From Thermodesulfobacteriota bacterium (lineage in GTDB: Bacteria > Desulfobacterota > Desulfobacteria > Desulfobacterales > C00003060), in contig JAXHVD010000021.1 in assembly GCA_034189385.1 (NCBI GenBank), positions 1-45,040 of the forward strand: DNA of 45,040 bases. The letters run 5' to 3'. Shown in pieces: positions 1 to 10,011 of the stretch. Within the stretch, counting starts at the first letter, position 1; each line of letters opens with the position of its first letter. A program made the translations under genes and the position numbers. The notes under the pieces are model-generated. The model did no database searches and was not told the DNA's origin. It saw nothing but the letters and a program-made list of their open reading frames with translations.

Positions 1-276
1 ATGCAACGTACGCCTTCTCCCCCTTTAGGCCTTGACTGACGCATAAAACTATGGCAATGTGACACAACTTAACTTTCCAATATCACCAGAGAAACTCACC
101 TTTGTTACGTATACCTGCTATCGATCTGGATTCTGCCCATTTTGGAGATTTTGGCAAGAAGTCTATAATCCTGCCTGGGTCAGCTAACCCCCCATATCCT
201 GTGTCTAAGCGGCTGAGCGGTGCTGGACGACAAGGCTTTGCCCCGTCCAGTTTCTTGCTTCTGTGCGAGTCCAACC

Positions 277-423
277 CTCAACGTTCTCTTAGACCAGTAA
301 TCTCCCGGTTAAAAATGAGGTGTCTGCCCATCCTTAAATCCGTAATTCTCCCAATTGCGTCATAGTATAATATGAGCTTTAAAGGCGTAACAATGGAGAC
401 GTGTGTAAAACGTCCGGGCTGGC
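277..423 (+). promoter_or_regulatory. Conserved leader/promoter region, copy 1 (upstream of glycoside hydrolase)
   Basis: Colinear with 3365-3512; shared blocks CTCAACGTTCT, CCGGYTAARAATKAGGTGT, AATCCGTAATTYT, GGAGACGTRTGTAAAACGT, GGCTGGC. Confidence 0.6.
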
Positions 424-689
424 ATCATTTTTTTAAGGCAACGATGACTAAAAGGACTCATTGCTAAAACGTTTCACTCCTCACAATAATATTCTTTTCT
501 AAGATACTGTGATCATCTTGGAACCATTGCATATTGCCCCGTAAGGAGCCTTTTTTCGTAGCATGCGGAGACGACGAAAAAGGCCCGATTTCTTATCTCA
601 AGCGTTTGGACCTGGATGGGGTGATAATGCGTATAGCGTTCGGCTATGCGGATAGAGCTCTCTCAATCAAAGTATGACGGAGGTTAGGA

Positions 690-2801
690 ATGAAAAAAGG
701 TTATAGACAGCACCATCGGAGGTTGTTGGGTATAGCACTTGTCACTTCCCTTCTTCTCCTCGGGGCGGGAGAAGTTATGGCAGAACCCTTCGGTTTTTTT
801 GGCCTAGGGAGCGCACTTGAAGGCACCTACCTTGAAGACGTGAACGTGAGCTTCCTTCGAGGAAATATTGTCTTTGACAGTGTCTATTCCGTGACGGAAG
901 ACACCTGGACCTTTGCGGTAAAGGATAGCCTATTCAGCCAGGTTTATTCCAGAAACGCCGACCTTGTCGCCACTTTCATGTCTCCAACTGATATGCAGCA
1001 CATTAGAGCCCCTTATTACCAGGATTTCATTTTAAGATGTGTGGAGAGATATGACGGTGATAGTGACTATGGTTGCACCGAAGCCTCTCCAGACTGCTAC
1101 GAAGCAGGCGATAACTTGTACCCGCCGTGGGCTGGTACAGGGGACGAGCCGGTTGTCAAGTACTGGCAGATGGAAAATGAAGTCGATATCAACAGTGAAA
1201 GCGGCCCTAGCTACTGGCTTGACCATCCTGCGGATTATGCTGAGCTGGTGAATCTGGTGTATCCTTTGGTGAAGCAGGCATGTCCCGATTGCACTGTCTT
1301 GTTGGGGAGTCTTGTGATGGATGATCTGGGGCACAGCTTCTATAATGCCTTCTTTCAGTTGACCCCTCAGTTCGATATTTTCGACATGCATCGTTTCGGC
1401 TTCAATACGAATCACTTTGCAGGCTTTCGGATGAGGATTGACTTCCTAAAAGAGTATGATCCCACCAAACCTATTTGGATGACGGAGTCATCGACCTATT
1501 CGGACTGCCCTAAAATGCCTGATGGCACCTACTGGCCGTGCCAGAGTGAGCTCGAACAAGCCACAGACCTTTTTAAACGATATATTACACCACCGTCCAT
1601 GGGGATAGAGAGACTTTTGTGGAACTTCCTCTATGAAAGGCCCGGCGGCGCGCAAGAAGGATGCTTCTGGTATACCGGACTAATCTATGACGGCGAGGGA
1701 GAGTTTGACAAAGGGGCTGGCGTCAAAAAGCTTTCCTATTTCACCAAGAAACTCTTGGTGCAGAAGTTGGGAAGTGCAGATTGGCAGAACATTGCCTACA
1801 CAAAGGTTGCCCCCGCCGTCTACCAGTACCGTTTCATGGTCAATGGACTGCCTATCTATGTAGTCTGGTATGATTGGTTTAGGGGTGAAGAAGACACCAA
1901 AACGGTTACACTTGATGTGAGTGACGTGAGCACGCCCCAGGTGAGGGTGACCGAGGCTGTGCCAGCATTCGATACGGGACAAGAGGCTGATACGGTCCTT
2001 TTTGAAGAGGCTTTTGCATCCTATGCCACGCCGATTACAGCAACCCGGATAAATATTACCTTGAGGAAACGGCCTGTGTTTATCGAGGAAACCGGGGCGG
2101 ACATTTCAGTTTCTCCCACAAGTCTTGATTTCGGAGAACTGCCACCCGGTACTTCATCGCCACCTATGTCGGTGACCATATCCAATTCGGGAGAGGCAGA
2201 TCTTCAGCTAGGAACCCTTTCGATAATAGGGACAAACGCAGCTGAGTTCACGATACAAGGGGACACCTGTTCTGATCAGATACTCGCACCGTCAGAAACC
2301 TGCGTAGTTGATGTGGTCTTTTCTCCCATATCGGAAAGGCTGGAAGGGGCAAGCCTTCGTATCCCCTCGAATGACCCTTACACGCCAATACTGGATGTGC
2401 CTCTCAGCGGGGGACTGGCAGCTCCCAAGGTTGTAATTACTGACGCCTATGTGACGGACAAAAACGACGTACGAAAAACAACTTTTAAACGCAGGGAGCC
2501 CATCAAACTGCATGTCATATATGATGTCATAGGCGATCCAGACACCAAATATAAGGTGAAGGGTTTGTTTACTGCCTTTCCGACCTACTATCCTGTTATA
2601 ATAAAAAAAGACAAACAGTTTCCTGGGACCGGGTATCACATGAAAGTAGGTCTGGCTTATGGCATTAGGATTCCAGCAAACAGTGCCTTCGGTGCCATCA
2701 AGACAATTAAGTTTAAACTGAAATTGATAAAAGACGGTGTACTGTTAGACAAAGACAAGGCTATTGCCGAAATCGTTGTTTTCGGGCGATATGATGATTA
2801 G
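690..2801 (+). CDS. Secreted clan GH-A glycoside hydrolase-like protein with choice-of-anchor D/ASH Ig-like domain and shared basic C-terminal domain
   Basis: RBS GGAGG; signal peptide; WQMENE (acid/base), FDIFDMH, PIWMTES (nucleophile); ISVSPTSLDFG..ISNSG..FSP..IPSNDP Ig-like module; last ~120 aa homologous to C-terminus of 3547-9588. Confidence 0.8.
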   Translation: MKKGYRQHHRRLLGIALVTSLLLLGAGEVMAEPFGFFGLGSALEGTYLEDVNVSFLRGNIVFDSVYSVTEDTWTFAVKDSLFSQVYSRNADLVATFMSPTDMQHIRAPYYQDFILRCVERYDGDSDYGCTEASPDCYEAGDNLYPPWAGTGDEPVVKYWQMENEVDINSESGPSYWLDHPADYAELVNLVYPLVKQACPDCTVLLGSLVMDDLGHSFYNAFFQLTPQFDIFDMHRFGFNTNHFAGFRMRIDFLKEYDPTKPIWMTESSTYSDCPKMPDGTYWPCQSELEQATDLFKRYITPPSMGIERLLWNFLYERPGGAQEGCFWYTGLIYDGEGEFDKGAGVKKLSYFTKKLLVQKLGSADWQNIAYTKVAPAVYQYRFMVNGLPIYVVWYDWFRGEEDTKTVTLDVSDVSTPQVRVTEAVPAFDTGQEADTVLFEEAFASYATPITATRINITLRKRPVFIEETGADISVSPTSLDFGELPPGTSSPPMSVTISNSGEADLQLGTLSIIGTNAAEFTIQGDTCSDQILAPSETCVVDVVFSPISERLEGASLRIPSNDPYTPILDVPLSGGLAAPKVVITDAYVTDKNDVRKTTFKRREPIKLHVIYDVIGDPDTKYKVKGLFTAFPTYYPVIIKKDKQFPGTGYHMKVGLAYGIRIPANSAFGAIKTIKFKLKLIKDGVLLDKDKAIAEIVVFGRYDD

Positions 2802-2958
2802 AGTTTAGCGGTGACATAGAAGGACTTGATGCCTGATGTAGATGGAAGAAATTGAGGGGGCTTCATGTCATTTCAGGCGATTGAACGGGAAGAAAAGGAT
2901 CGACTTCAGTACGAAATGCAACTGTTCGGTAACAATAGTAACTGATTATCTGAGAAAG

Positions 2959-2988
2959 AAAGGCTGAGCCATTTGGCTCGGCCTTTTT
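2959..2988. terminator. Intrinsic terminator, probably bidirectional
   Basis: AGGCTGAGCC-ATTT-GGCTCGGCCT stem, followed by a T run and preceded by an A-rich run. Confidence 0.75.
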
Positions 2989-3157
2989 CCTCCAAGCCTA
3001 CATCTTGTATGTGACCCGTGCATCTTAAAAGCACAGATGGCTGCTGATATATTTGAAATTGCCAATGAGGCAACACTTATCCATCCCTTGTTTCAAGGAT
3101 AGGTTGATTATCTACTCCACGCTCCGGAAAGAGCCGAAACTCACCTCCTGGTTTGTT

Positions 3158-3248
3158 GTTTAAACTGAAGTTATTAAGAGTTGGTGTACTGTTGGACAAA
3201 GACAAAGCTGTTGCCGAAATCGTTGTATTCGGCAAATGGGATGATTAA
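3158..3248 (+). pseudogene. Orphan 3' remnant of a paralogue carrying the shared C-terminal domain
   Basis: Ungapped match to 2711-2801; encodes FKLKLLRVGVLLDKDKAVAEIVVFGKWDD* vs FKLKLIKDGVLLDKDKAIAEIVVFGRYDD*; similarity continues ~25 bp past the stop. Confidence 0.8.
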
Positions 3249-3364
3249 GGCTTAGTGGCAATAGAAGGCCTCGACCAGCAGTGCGGATAAAGCAAAGTAG
3301 GGGGTGATACTGTTCGCTAATATGAGGTAAGAATCGCTGGCCCTTCGCTTGTGACAGCTCATTT

Positions 3365-3512
3365 CTCAACGTTCTATATTGGACCGGTACTTCTCCGGCT
3401 AAGAATTAGGTGTTTTCCTGCCTTTGAATCCGTAATTTTGCCCATTGTGCCCTATGCTTGATTTGGCTACAAAAGGCTGTATTAGGAGACGTATGTAAAA
3501 CGTGTGGCTGGC
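3365..3512 (+). promoter_or_regulatory. Conserved leader/promoter region, copy 2 (upstream of PKD protein)
   Basis: Colinear homology with 277-423. Confidence 0.6.
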
Positions 3513-3546
3513 CTATCTTCAGTTACCTCAACAATGGAGACAAATC

Positions 3547-6500
3547 ATGAACAGTGCTGGGGACAACGAACACAGGTATATGGCTTATAGGCTGATGATA
3601 AAAAGACCTCTACGGAGAGGGTCGATTTATGGTGTCTTTGTAGCGTTACTGGCTATGATGTGCCTATTCGCTATGGTTTCATCAGCCTATGCAGTGCCGC
3701 CAGTAGCTGATTTTTCCGGTAGTCCCACCACCGGCGTGGAGCCCCTGACGGTCACCTTTACGGATCTTTCAACAGGAGTGCCTACGTCATGGTCTTGGGA
3801 TTTTAACAACGACACGGTAGAAGACTCGACGCTGCAGAATCCATCCTTCACTTACAATACGCCAGGCACCTATACTGTTTCTCTTACAGCGACCAATGGG
3901 GAAGGCTCTGACACGGAGACAAAGATAGACTACATTACAGTGACCGATGCACCCCCTGTGGCGGACTTTTCCGGTAGTCCCACCACCGGCGTAGAAGCCC
4001 TGACGGTCGACTTCACGGACCTTTCCACAGGCAATGTCACGGGCTGGTCGTGGGATTTTGAAAACGACGGCACCCCGGACTCAACCCTGCAAAACCCCTC
4101 CCATACGTACAACACGGCCGGCACGTATACGGTCAAGCTCACAGCCACCAGCCCGGGCGGGTCAGACATTGAGACAAAGATCGACTACATTGCGGTCACC
4201 GATGCACCCCCTGTGGCGGACTTTTCCGGTAGTCCCACAACGGGCGTAGAAGCCCTGACGGTCGACTTTACGGACCTTTCCACAGGCAATGTCACGGGCT
4301 GGTCGTGGGATTTTGAAAACGACGGTACCCCGGACTCTACCCTGCAAAACCCTTCGCATACGTACAACACGGCCGGCACGTATACGGTCAAGCTTACAGC
4401 CACCGGCCCGGGCGGGTCAGACATTGAGACAAAGATCGACTACATTACGGTGACTGATGCACCCCCTGTGGCGGACTTTTCCGGTAGTCCCACAACCGGT
4501 GTGGAGCCCCTGACGGTCGACTTTACGGATCTTTCCACAGGCAATGTCACGGGGTGGTCGTGGGATTTTGAAAACGACGGCACCCCGGACTCAACCCTGC
4601 AGAACCCTTCGCATACTTACAACACGGCCGGCACGTATACGGTCAAGCTCACAGCCACTGGCCCGGGCGGGGCAGACATTGAGACAAAGATCGACTACAT
4701 TACAGTGACCGATCCGCCCCCTGTGGCGGACTTTTCCGGTAGTCCCACAACCGGTGTGAAGCCCCTGACGGTCGACTTTACGGATCTTTCTTCAGGCAAT
4801 GTCACGGGCTGGTCGTGGGATTTTGAAAACGACGGTATAGAAGACTCTACCCTGCAAAACCCTTCGCATACTTACAACACGGCCGGCACCTACACGGTCA
4901 AGCTCACAGCCACTGGCCCGGGCGGGTCAGACATCGAGACAAAGATCGACTACATTACAGTGACCGATCCGCCGCCTGTGGCAGACTTTTCCGGTAGTCC
5001 CACAACCGGCGTAGAGCCCCTGACGGTCGACTTTACGGACCTTTCCACAGGCAATGTCACGGGCTGGTCCTGGGATTTTGAAAACGACGGTATAGAAGAC
5101 TCTACCCTGCAAAACCCTTCGCATACTTACAACACGGCCGGCACCTATACGGTCAAGCTCACTGCCACCGGCCCGGGCGGGTCAGACATCGAGACAAAGA
5201 CTGACTACATTATCGTTTACCGCGTGGCGGACTTTTCGGCCACGCCCACAACGGGTGGAGAGCCCCTGACGGTGAATTTTACGGATCTTTCATCAGGCGG
5301 TGTCACGGGCTGGTCGTGGGATTTTGAAAACGACGGTATAGAAGACTCTACCTTGCAAAATCCCACCTATACGTATAGCAACGCCGGGACTTACACGGTC
5401 AAGCTGACAGTCACTGGCCCGGGGCCGTCAGACACGGAGATAAAGACCGACTACATCACCGTGAACCACGTGGCGGACTTTTCGGCCACGCCCACAACGG
5501 GCGCGGAGCCCCTGACCGTGAACTTTACCGATCTTTCCTCACATGGTGTCACGGGCTGGTCGTGGGATTTTGAAAACGACGGCATAGAAGACTCCACCTT
5601 GCAGAACCCGTCGCATACGTACAACACGACTGGCACCTATACGGTGAAGCTCACAGCCACCGGCCCGGCAGGGTCAGACGTTGAGACAAAGATCGACTAC
5701 ATTACAGTGACCGATGCGCCACCTGTGGCGGACTTTTCCGGTAGTCCCACAACGGGCGCGGGGCCCCTGACGGTCACCTTCACGGATCTTTCATCAGGCA
5801 ATGTGACGGGCTGGTCGTGGGATTTTGAAAACGATGGTACAGAAGACTCTACTTTGCAGAACCCGTCGCATACGTACAACACGACTGGCACCTATACGGT
5901 GAAGCTCACAGCCACTGGCCCGGCAGGGTCAGACATCGAGACAAAGATTGACTACATTACGGTGACTGATGCACCCCCTGTGGCGGACTTTTCCGGTAGT
6001 CCCACAACGGGCGCGGAGCCCCTGACGGTCACCTTCACGGATCTTTCTACTGGGGTTGTCACGGGCTGGTCGTGGGATTTTGAAAACGACGGTACATCAG
6101 ATTCTACCCTGCAGAACCCGTCGCATACGTACAACACGACTGGCACCTATACAGTGAAGCTCATAGCCACTGGCCCGACAGGGTCAGACATTGAGACAAA
6201 GATAGACTACATTACAGTGAGCGATGCGCCACCCGTGGCTGATTTTTCGGCGACACCCACCACGGGCGTGGAGCCCCTGACGGTCACCTTCACGGACGTT
6301 TCGACTGGGGTTGTGACGGGCTGGTCGTGGGATTTTGAAAACGACGGTATAGAAGACTCTACCCTGCAGAACCCGTCGCATACGTACAACACGGCTGGCA
6401 CGTATACAGTGAAGCTCACAGCCACTGGCCCGGGAGGATCAGACATTGAGACAAAGATAGACTACATTACAGTGACCGATGCGCCGCCTGTGGCGGAGTT

Positions 6501-9500
6501 TTCCGGTAGTCCCACCACGGGTGGAGAGCCCCTGACAGTCACCTTCACGGACGTTTCTACTGGGGTTGTGACGGGCTGGTCGTGGGATTTTGAAAACGAC
6601 GGTATAGAAGACTCTACCCTGCAGAACCCGTCGCATACCTACAACGCGGCCGGCACCTATACGGTCAAGTTCACTGCCACCGGTCCGGGAGGGTCAGACA
6701 CGGAGATAAAGACCGACTACATTACCGTGAACCACGTCGCGGACTTTTCGGCTACACCCACAACAGGTGGAGAGCCGCTGATCGTCACCTTCACGGATCT
6801 TTCATCAGGCAATGTGACGGGCTGGTCGTGGGATTTTGAAAACGACGGTATAGAAGACTCTACCTTGCAAAATCCCACGTATACGTATAGCAACGCCGGC
6901 ACTTACACGGTCAAGCTGACAGTCACTGGCCCGGGGCCGTCAGACACGGAGATAAAGACCGACTACATCACCGTGAACCACGTGGCTGACTTTTCGGCCA
7001 CTCCCACAACCGGCGTAGAGCCGCTGACGGTCACCTTCACGGATCTTTCATCAGGCGGTGTCACGGGCTGGTCGTGGGATTTTGAAACCGACGGTATAGA
7101 AGACTCCACCTTGCAAAACCCCTCGCATACCTACAACACGGCTGGCACCTATACGGTCAAACTGATAGCCACTGGACCGGGAGGGTCAGACAAGGAGAAA
7201 AAGATTGACTACATCACGGTAACGGATGCCCCGCCTGTGGCGGATTTTTCCGGCAGTCCCACAAGCGGCGGAGCGCCCTTAACGGTCAACTTCACCGACC
7301 TTTCTACAGGCAATGTTACGGAATGGTCGTGGGATTTTGAAAACGACGGTGTAGAAGACTCCACTGAGCAAAATCCCACCTATACATACAACGGTGCTGG
7401 CACCTATACGGTGAAATTGGTAGCCACTGGGCCGGGAGGGTCAGACATTGAGACAAAGGCCGGCTACATCACCGTGAACCACGTGGCGGACTTTTCGGCC
7501 TCTCCTACAACCGGTGACGAGCCCCTGACGGTTACCTTTACCGACCTTTCTACAGGCGGCGTCACGGGCTGGTCGTGGGATTTTGAAAACGACGGTATAG
7601 AAGACTCCACCTTGCAAAATCCCACTCACACGTATGGCAATGCCGGCACTTACACGGTTAAGCTGACAGCCACTGGCCCAGGGGGGTCAGACACGGAGAT
7701 AAAGACTGACTACATTATTCCCGCGCACAAGGCTGATTTTTCAGCCACAGCCACGAGCGGTAGCGAGCCGTTGACGGTCACCTTCACGGATCTTTCTACC
7801 CATACAGTCACGGGCTGGTCGTGGGATTTTGAAAATGACGGTGTAGAAGACTCCACTGAGCAAAATCCCACTCATACGTATAACGGTGCTGGTACCTACA
7901 CCGTCAAGCTCACGGTAACAGGCCCCGGTGGGTCAGACACGGAGAAGAAGATTGGATACATCACCGTCCACGTATATCCGTGGGCTTATGACTATGGGGG
8001 CAGCGGGTATGATCGAGCCCATAGTATTCAGCAGACCTTCGACGCCCATGGGAACCCTGATGCTTACATTGTAGCGGGTGAGACGTCCTCATTCGGTGCG
8101 GGAAACAAGGACGTTTGGGTCGCGAAGCTCGACCCAAGCGCAAGTGTTATCTGGGAAAAAACCTATGGCGACACTGGCGACGAGACCGCTTGTGGCGTCC
8201 AGCAAACATCGGACGGCGGATATGTCGTCGCAGGTCATACGGATTCGTTCAGTCATTCTATATGGGTTCTGAAGTTACACTCCGACGGGGCCATTGTCTG
8301 GCAGAAGACTTATGGTGGTTGGCTTGAGACGGGAGCAACGTGCCTGCAAGAAACTTCAGATGGTGGCTACATACTGGCAGGTGATTGGGATAATGGGGCA
8401 AGGAGTTCTGACATTTGGGTCTTGAAGCTGGATTCCACCGGGACCGTGGGCTGGCAAAAGACCTATGGCACGGGTCAGGCCGACTCGGCCGTTTCCCTTC
8501 GACAGACGTCAGATGATGGCTATATCCTGGCAGCCAATCGGGATGATGGACTGGGAAATGCCCACAGCTGGGTCTTGAAACTAGGTTCCAGCGGAACTGT
8601 GGACTGGTCGAAGACATATTCATTAGGCACTATCAGCACCGTGGGCTCCATTCAGCAGACGTCAGATAGTGGGTATATCGTAGCAGGCAGTACCGATTTT
8701 TTTGGTACGGGTACGGAAGTTGATTACTGGGTCTTGAAGCTGAATCCTGACGGATCCATTGTTTGGCAGAAGGCCTATGGGCTAACAGATTCTACGGATG
8801 AACATGCCCATGCCGTCCAGCAGACTTCAGATGGAGGGTATATCGTGGTGGGGGATGGCATCACAGCACTCAGGCTGGATTCAAACGGGGCAAGGCTTTG
8901 GGAAAAGACATATGGCGGTGCAGGGGATGATTCCATCCGCTCTGTCGAGCAAACCAGAGACGGTGCGTATATCTTGGCAGGTTTCAGTGATTCTTTCGGT
9001 TCTTACTGGACGGATGACATGTTTGTTCTGAGGCTGAATAGTGCTGGAGAAATCCCTAACTGCCAGATCATGACCACGAGTGCGTCCCTGTCCAGCGGCA
9101 CGGGCGGTTCCGGTGAAAATCGCTCATACGTCGCTGGCACTTCCCTCGTCGACGTTGTCGATACAAACGTTACCCCTCAGGATTCGTTGGCTGAAATATC
9201 CATGGTGTGTTCTTCAATTGGTACTGAAGCGGTTGTGATCAAGGACGCTTACACCTGTAATGACAGTGGCGTACCCCAGACCGTGTTTGCTCCCAAAGAG
9301 CCGATTCAGTTTCATGTTGTTTATGATGTTCTGGGCAATCCGGGTACGCAGTACAAGGTGAAGGCCCTCATCAATATTTTTGGAAGGACCTACGAGAAGA
9401 AGGCCCTGCAGTACCCGGGAACGGACTACGTCCTGATCAAAGATCGGGACGACGGGAAGAGGATCAAGGTTCCTTACACGGCTGCAGGTAAAATCAAGAC

Positions 9501-9588
9501 GATTGTGTACAAGCTGAAACTGAAGCTTTCGGGTGAACTTCTGGATAAAGAAAAGACCACATCTCAGTTTACAGTAACAGGGCTTTAA
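3547..9588 (+). CDS. Giant secreted/surface protein: 17 PKD domains, beta-propeller-like region (QQTSDGGYIVAG repeats), shared basic C-terminal domain
   Basis: ATG 3547 with GGAGA RBS (ORF opens at 3502); signal peptide ending SAYA; repeated VADF..P..G..PLTV.FTD.S..WSWDF..NP..TY..GTYTV.L PKD motif. Confidence 0.9.
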   Translation: MNSAGDNEHRYMAYRLMIKRPLRRGSIYGVFVALLAMMCLFAMVSSAYAVPPVADFSGSPTTGVEPLTVTFTDLSTGVPTSWSWDFNNDTVEDSTLQNPSFTYNTPGTYTVSLTATNGEGSDTETKIDYITVTDAPPVADFSGSPTTGVEALTVDFTDLSTGNVTGWSWDFENDGTPDSTLQNPSHTYNTAGTYTVKLTATSPGGSDIETKIDYIAVTDAPPVADFSGSPTTGVEALTVDFTDLSTGNVTGWSWDFENDGTPDSTLQNPSHTYNTAGTYTVKLTATGPGGSDIETKIDYITVTDAPPVADFSGSPTTGVEPLTVDFTDLSTGNVTGWSWDFENDGTPDSTLQNPSHTYNTAGTYTVKLTATGPGGADIETKIDYITVTDPPPVADFSGSPTTGVKPLTVDFTDLSSGNVTGWSWDFENDGIEDSTLQNPSHTYNTAGTYTVKLTATGPGGSDIETKIDYITVTDPPPVADFSGSPTTGVEPLTVDFTDLSTGNVTGWSWDFENDGIEDSTLQNPSHTYNTAGTYTVKLTATGPGGSDIETKTDYIIVYRVADFSATPTTGGEPLTVNFTDLSSGGVTGWSWDFENDGIEDSTLQNPTYTYSNAGTYTVKLTVTGPGPSDTEIKTDYITVNHVADFSATPTTGAEPLTVNFTDLSSHGVTGWSWDFENDGIEDSTLQNPSHTYNTTGTYTVKLTATGPAGSDVETKIDYITVTDAPPVADFSGSPTTGAGPLTVTFTDLSSGNVTGWSWDFENDGTEDSTLQNPSHTYNTTGTYTVKLTATGPAGSDIETKIDYITVTDAPPVADFSGSPTTGAEPLTVTFTDLSTGVVTGWSWDFENDGTSDSTLQNPSHTYNTTGTYTVKLIATGPTGSDIETKIDYITVSDAPPVADFSATPTTGVEPLTVTFTDVSTGVVTGWSWDFENDGIEDSTLQNPSHTYNTAGTYTVKLTATGPGGSDIETKIDYITVTDAPPVAEFSGSPTTGGEPLTVTFTDVSTGVVTGWSWDFENDGIEDSTLQNPSHTYNAAGTYTVKFTATGPGGSDTEIKTDYITVNHVADFSATPTTGGEPLIVTFTDLSSGNVTGWSWDFENDGIEDSTLQNPTYTYSNAGTYTVKLTVTGPGPSDTEIKTDYITVNHVADFSATPTTGVEPLTVTFTDLSSGGVTGWSWDFETDGIEDSTLQNPSHTYNTAGTYTVKLIATGPGGSDKEKKIDYITVTDAPPVADFSGSPTSGGAPLTVNFTDLSTGNVTEWSWDFENDGVEDSTEQNPTYTYNGAGTYTVKLVATGPGGSDIETKAGYITVNHVADFSASPTTGDEPLTVTFTDLSTGGVTGWSWDFENDGIEDSTLQNPTHTYGNAGTYTVKLTATGPGGSDTEIKTDYIIPAHKADFSATATSGSEPLTVTFTDLSTHTVTGWSWDFENDGVEDSTEQNPTHTYNGAGTYTVKLTVTGPGGSDTEKKIGYITVHVYPWAYDYGGSGYDRAHSIQQTFDAHGNPDAYIVAGETSSFGAGNKDVWVAKLDPSASVIWEKTYGDTGDETACGVQQTSDGGYVVAGHTDSFSHSIWVLKLHSDGAIVWQKTYGGWLETGATCLQETSDGGYILAGDWDNGARSSDIWVLKLDSTGTVGWQKTYGTGQADSAVSLRQTSDDGYILAANRDDGLGNAHSWVLKLGSSGTVDWSKTYSLGTISTVGSIQQTSDSGYIVAGSTDFFGTGTEVDYWVLKLNPDGSIVWQKAYGLTDSTDEHAHAVQQTSDGGYIVVGDGITALRLDSNGARLWEKTYGGAGDDSIRSVEQTRDGAYILAGFSDSFGSYWTDDMFVLRLNSAGEIPNCQIMTTSASLSSGTGGSGENRSYVAGTSLVDVVDTNVTPQDSLAEISMVCSSIGTEAVVIKDAYTCNDSGVPQTVFAPKEPIQFHVVYDVLGNPGTQYKVKALINIFGRTYEKKALQYPGTDYVLIKDRDDGKRIKVPYTAAGKIKTIVYKLKLKLSGELLDKEKTTSQFTVTGL
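3694..7971 (+). repeat. Tandem array of 17 PKD-coding units (mostly 255 or 246 bp)
   Basis: 17 WSWDF motifs counted; near-identical DNA units; TDAPP/TDPPP and short VNH linkers. Confidence 0.9.
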
Positions 9589-10011
9589 CAGAACAGCCAC
9601 ATTCATTGATGAACGAGGCCAAGTGGTCATCGGCTCTGCCCATATCTTGTGGTGGTGCCCTTGGCCCCAAGATTTGCTGGCATGTCACATCTCCGTTTTC
9701 TATCTCGAGCCCTTGTTTGATCATGCCGATTGGCAATATTGCATGCTATGCATAAGCAACGATTCGAAAGCCTAAATCGTTAGTAACGTTCAAAAGTGTT
9801 GACTTAGTGGATTTCTAGACAACCAACTTAGAGATAGGAATCATCGCTTCTCTTCGGCCTCCAATGCCTTTAGGTAGCCTATGCCATTTGTGTAGATGGC
9901 AATGGCTGTATGCCTGCGTTCAGCGATCATCCCTATCTCTAACTGCCGGCGAAGGCCTTTGCCTCAACTTTTGAACGTTATCAAATCGTTTAGGTATGCG
10001 CTGCGGCGTTC

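Noticed and set aside
2711..3248. DGR variable/template repeat pair (3' end of a surface gene plus non-coding copy; Avd-related gene in window)
   Set aside because: Mismatches are not confined to adenines of either copy, many are synonymous, and no reverse transcriptase is present.
3694..7971. CRISPR-like or non-coding repeat array; many short antisense ORFs
   Set aside because: Repeats are in-frame PKD coding units without unique spacers; the antisense ORFs are shadows.
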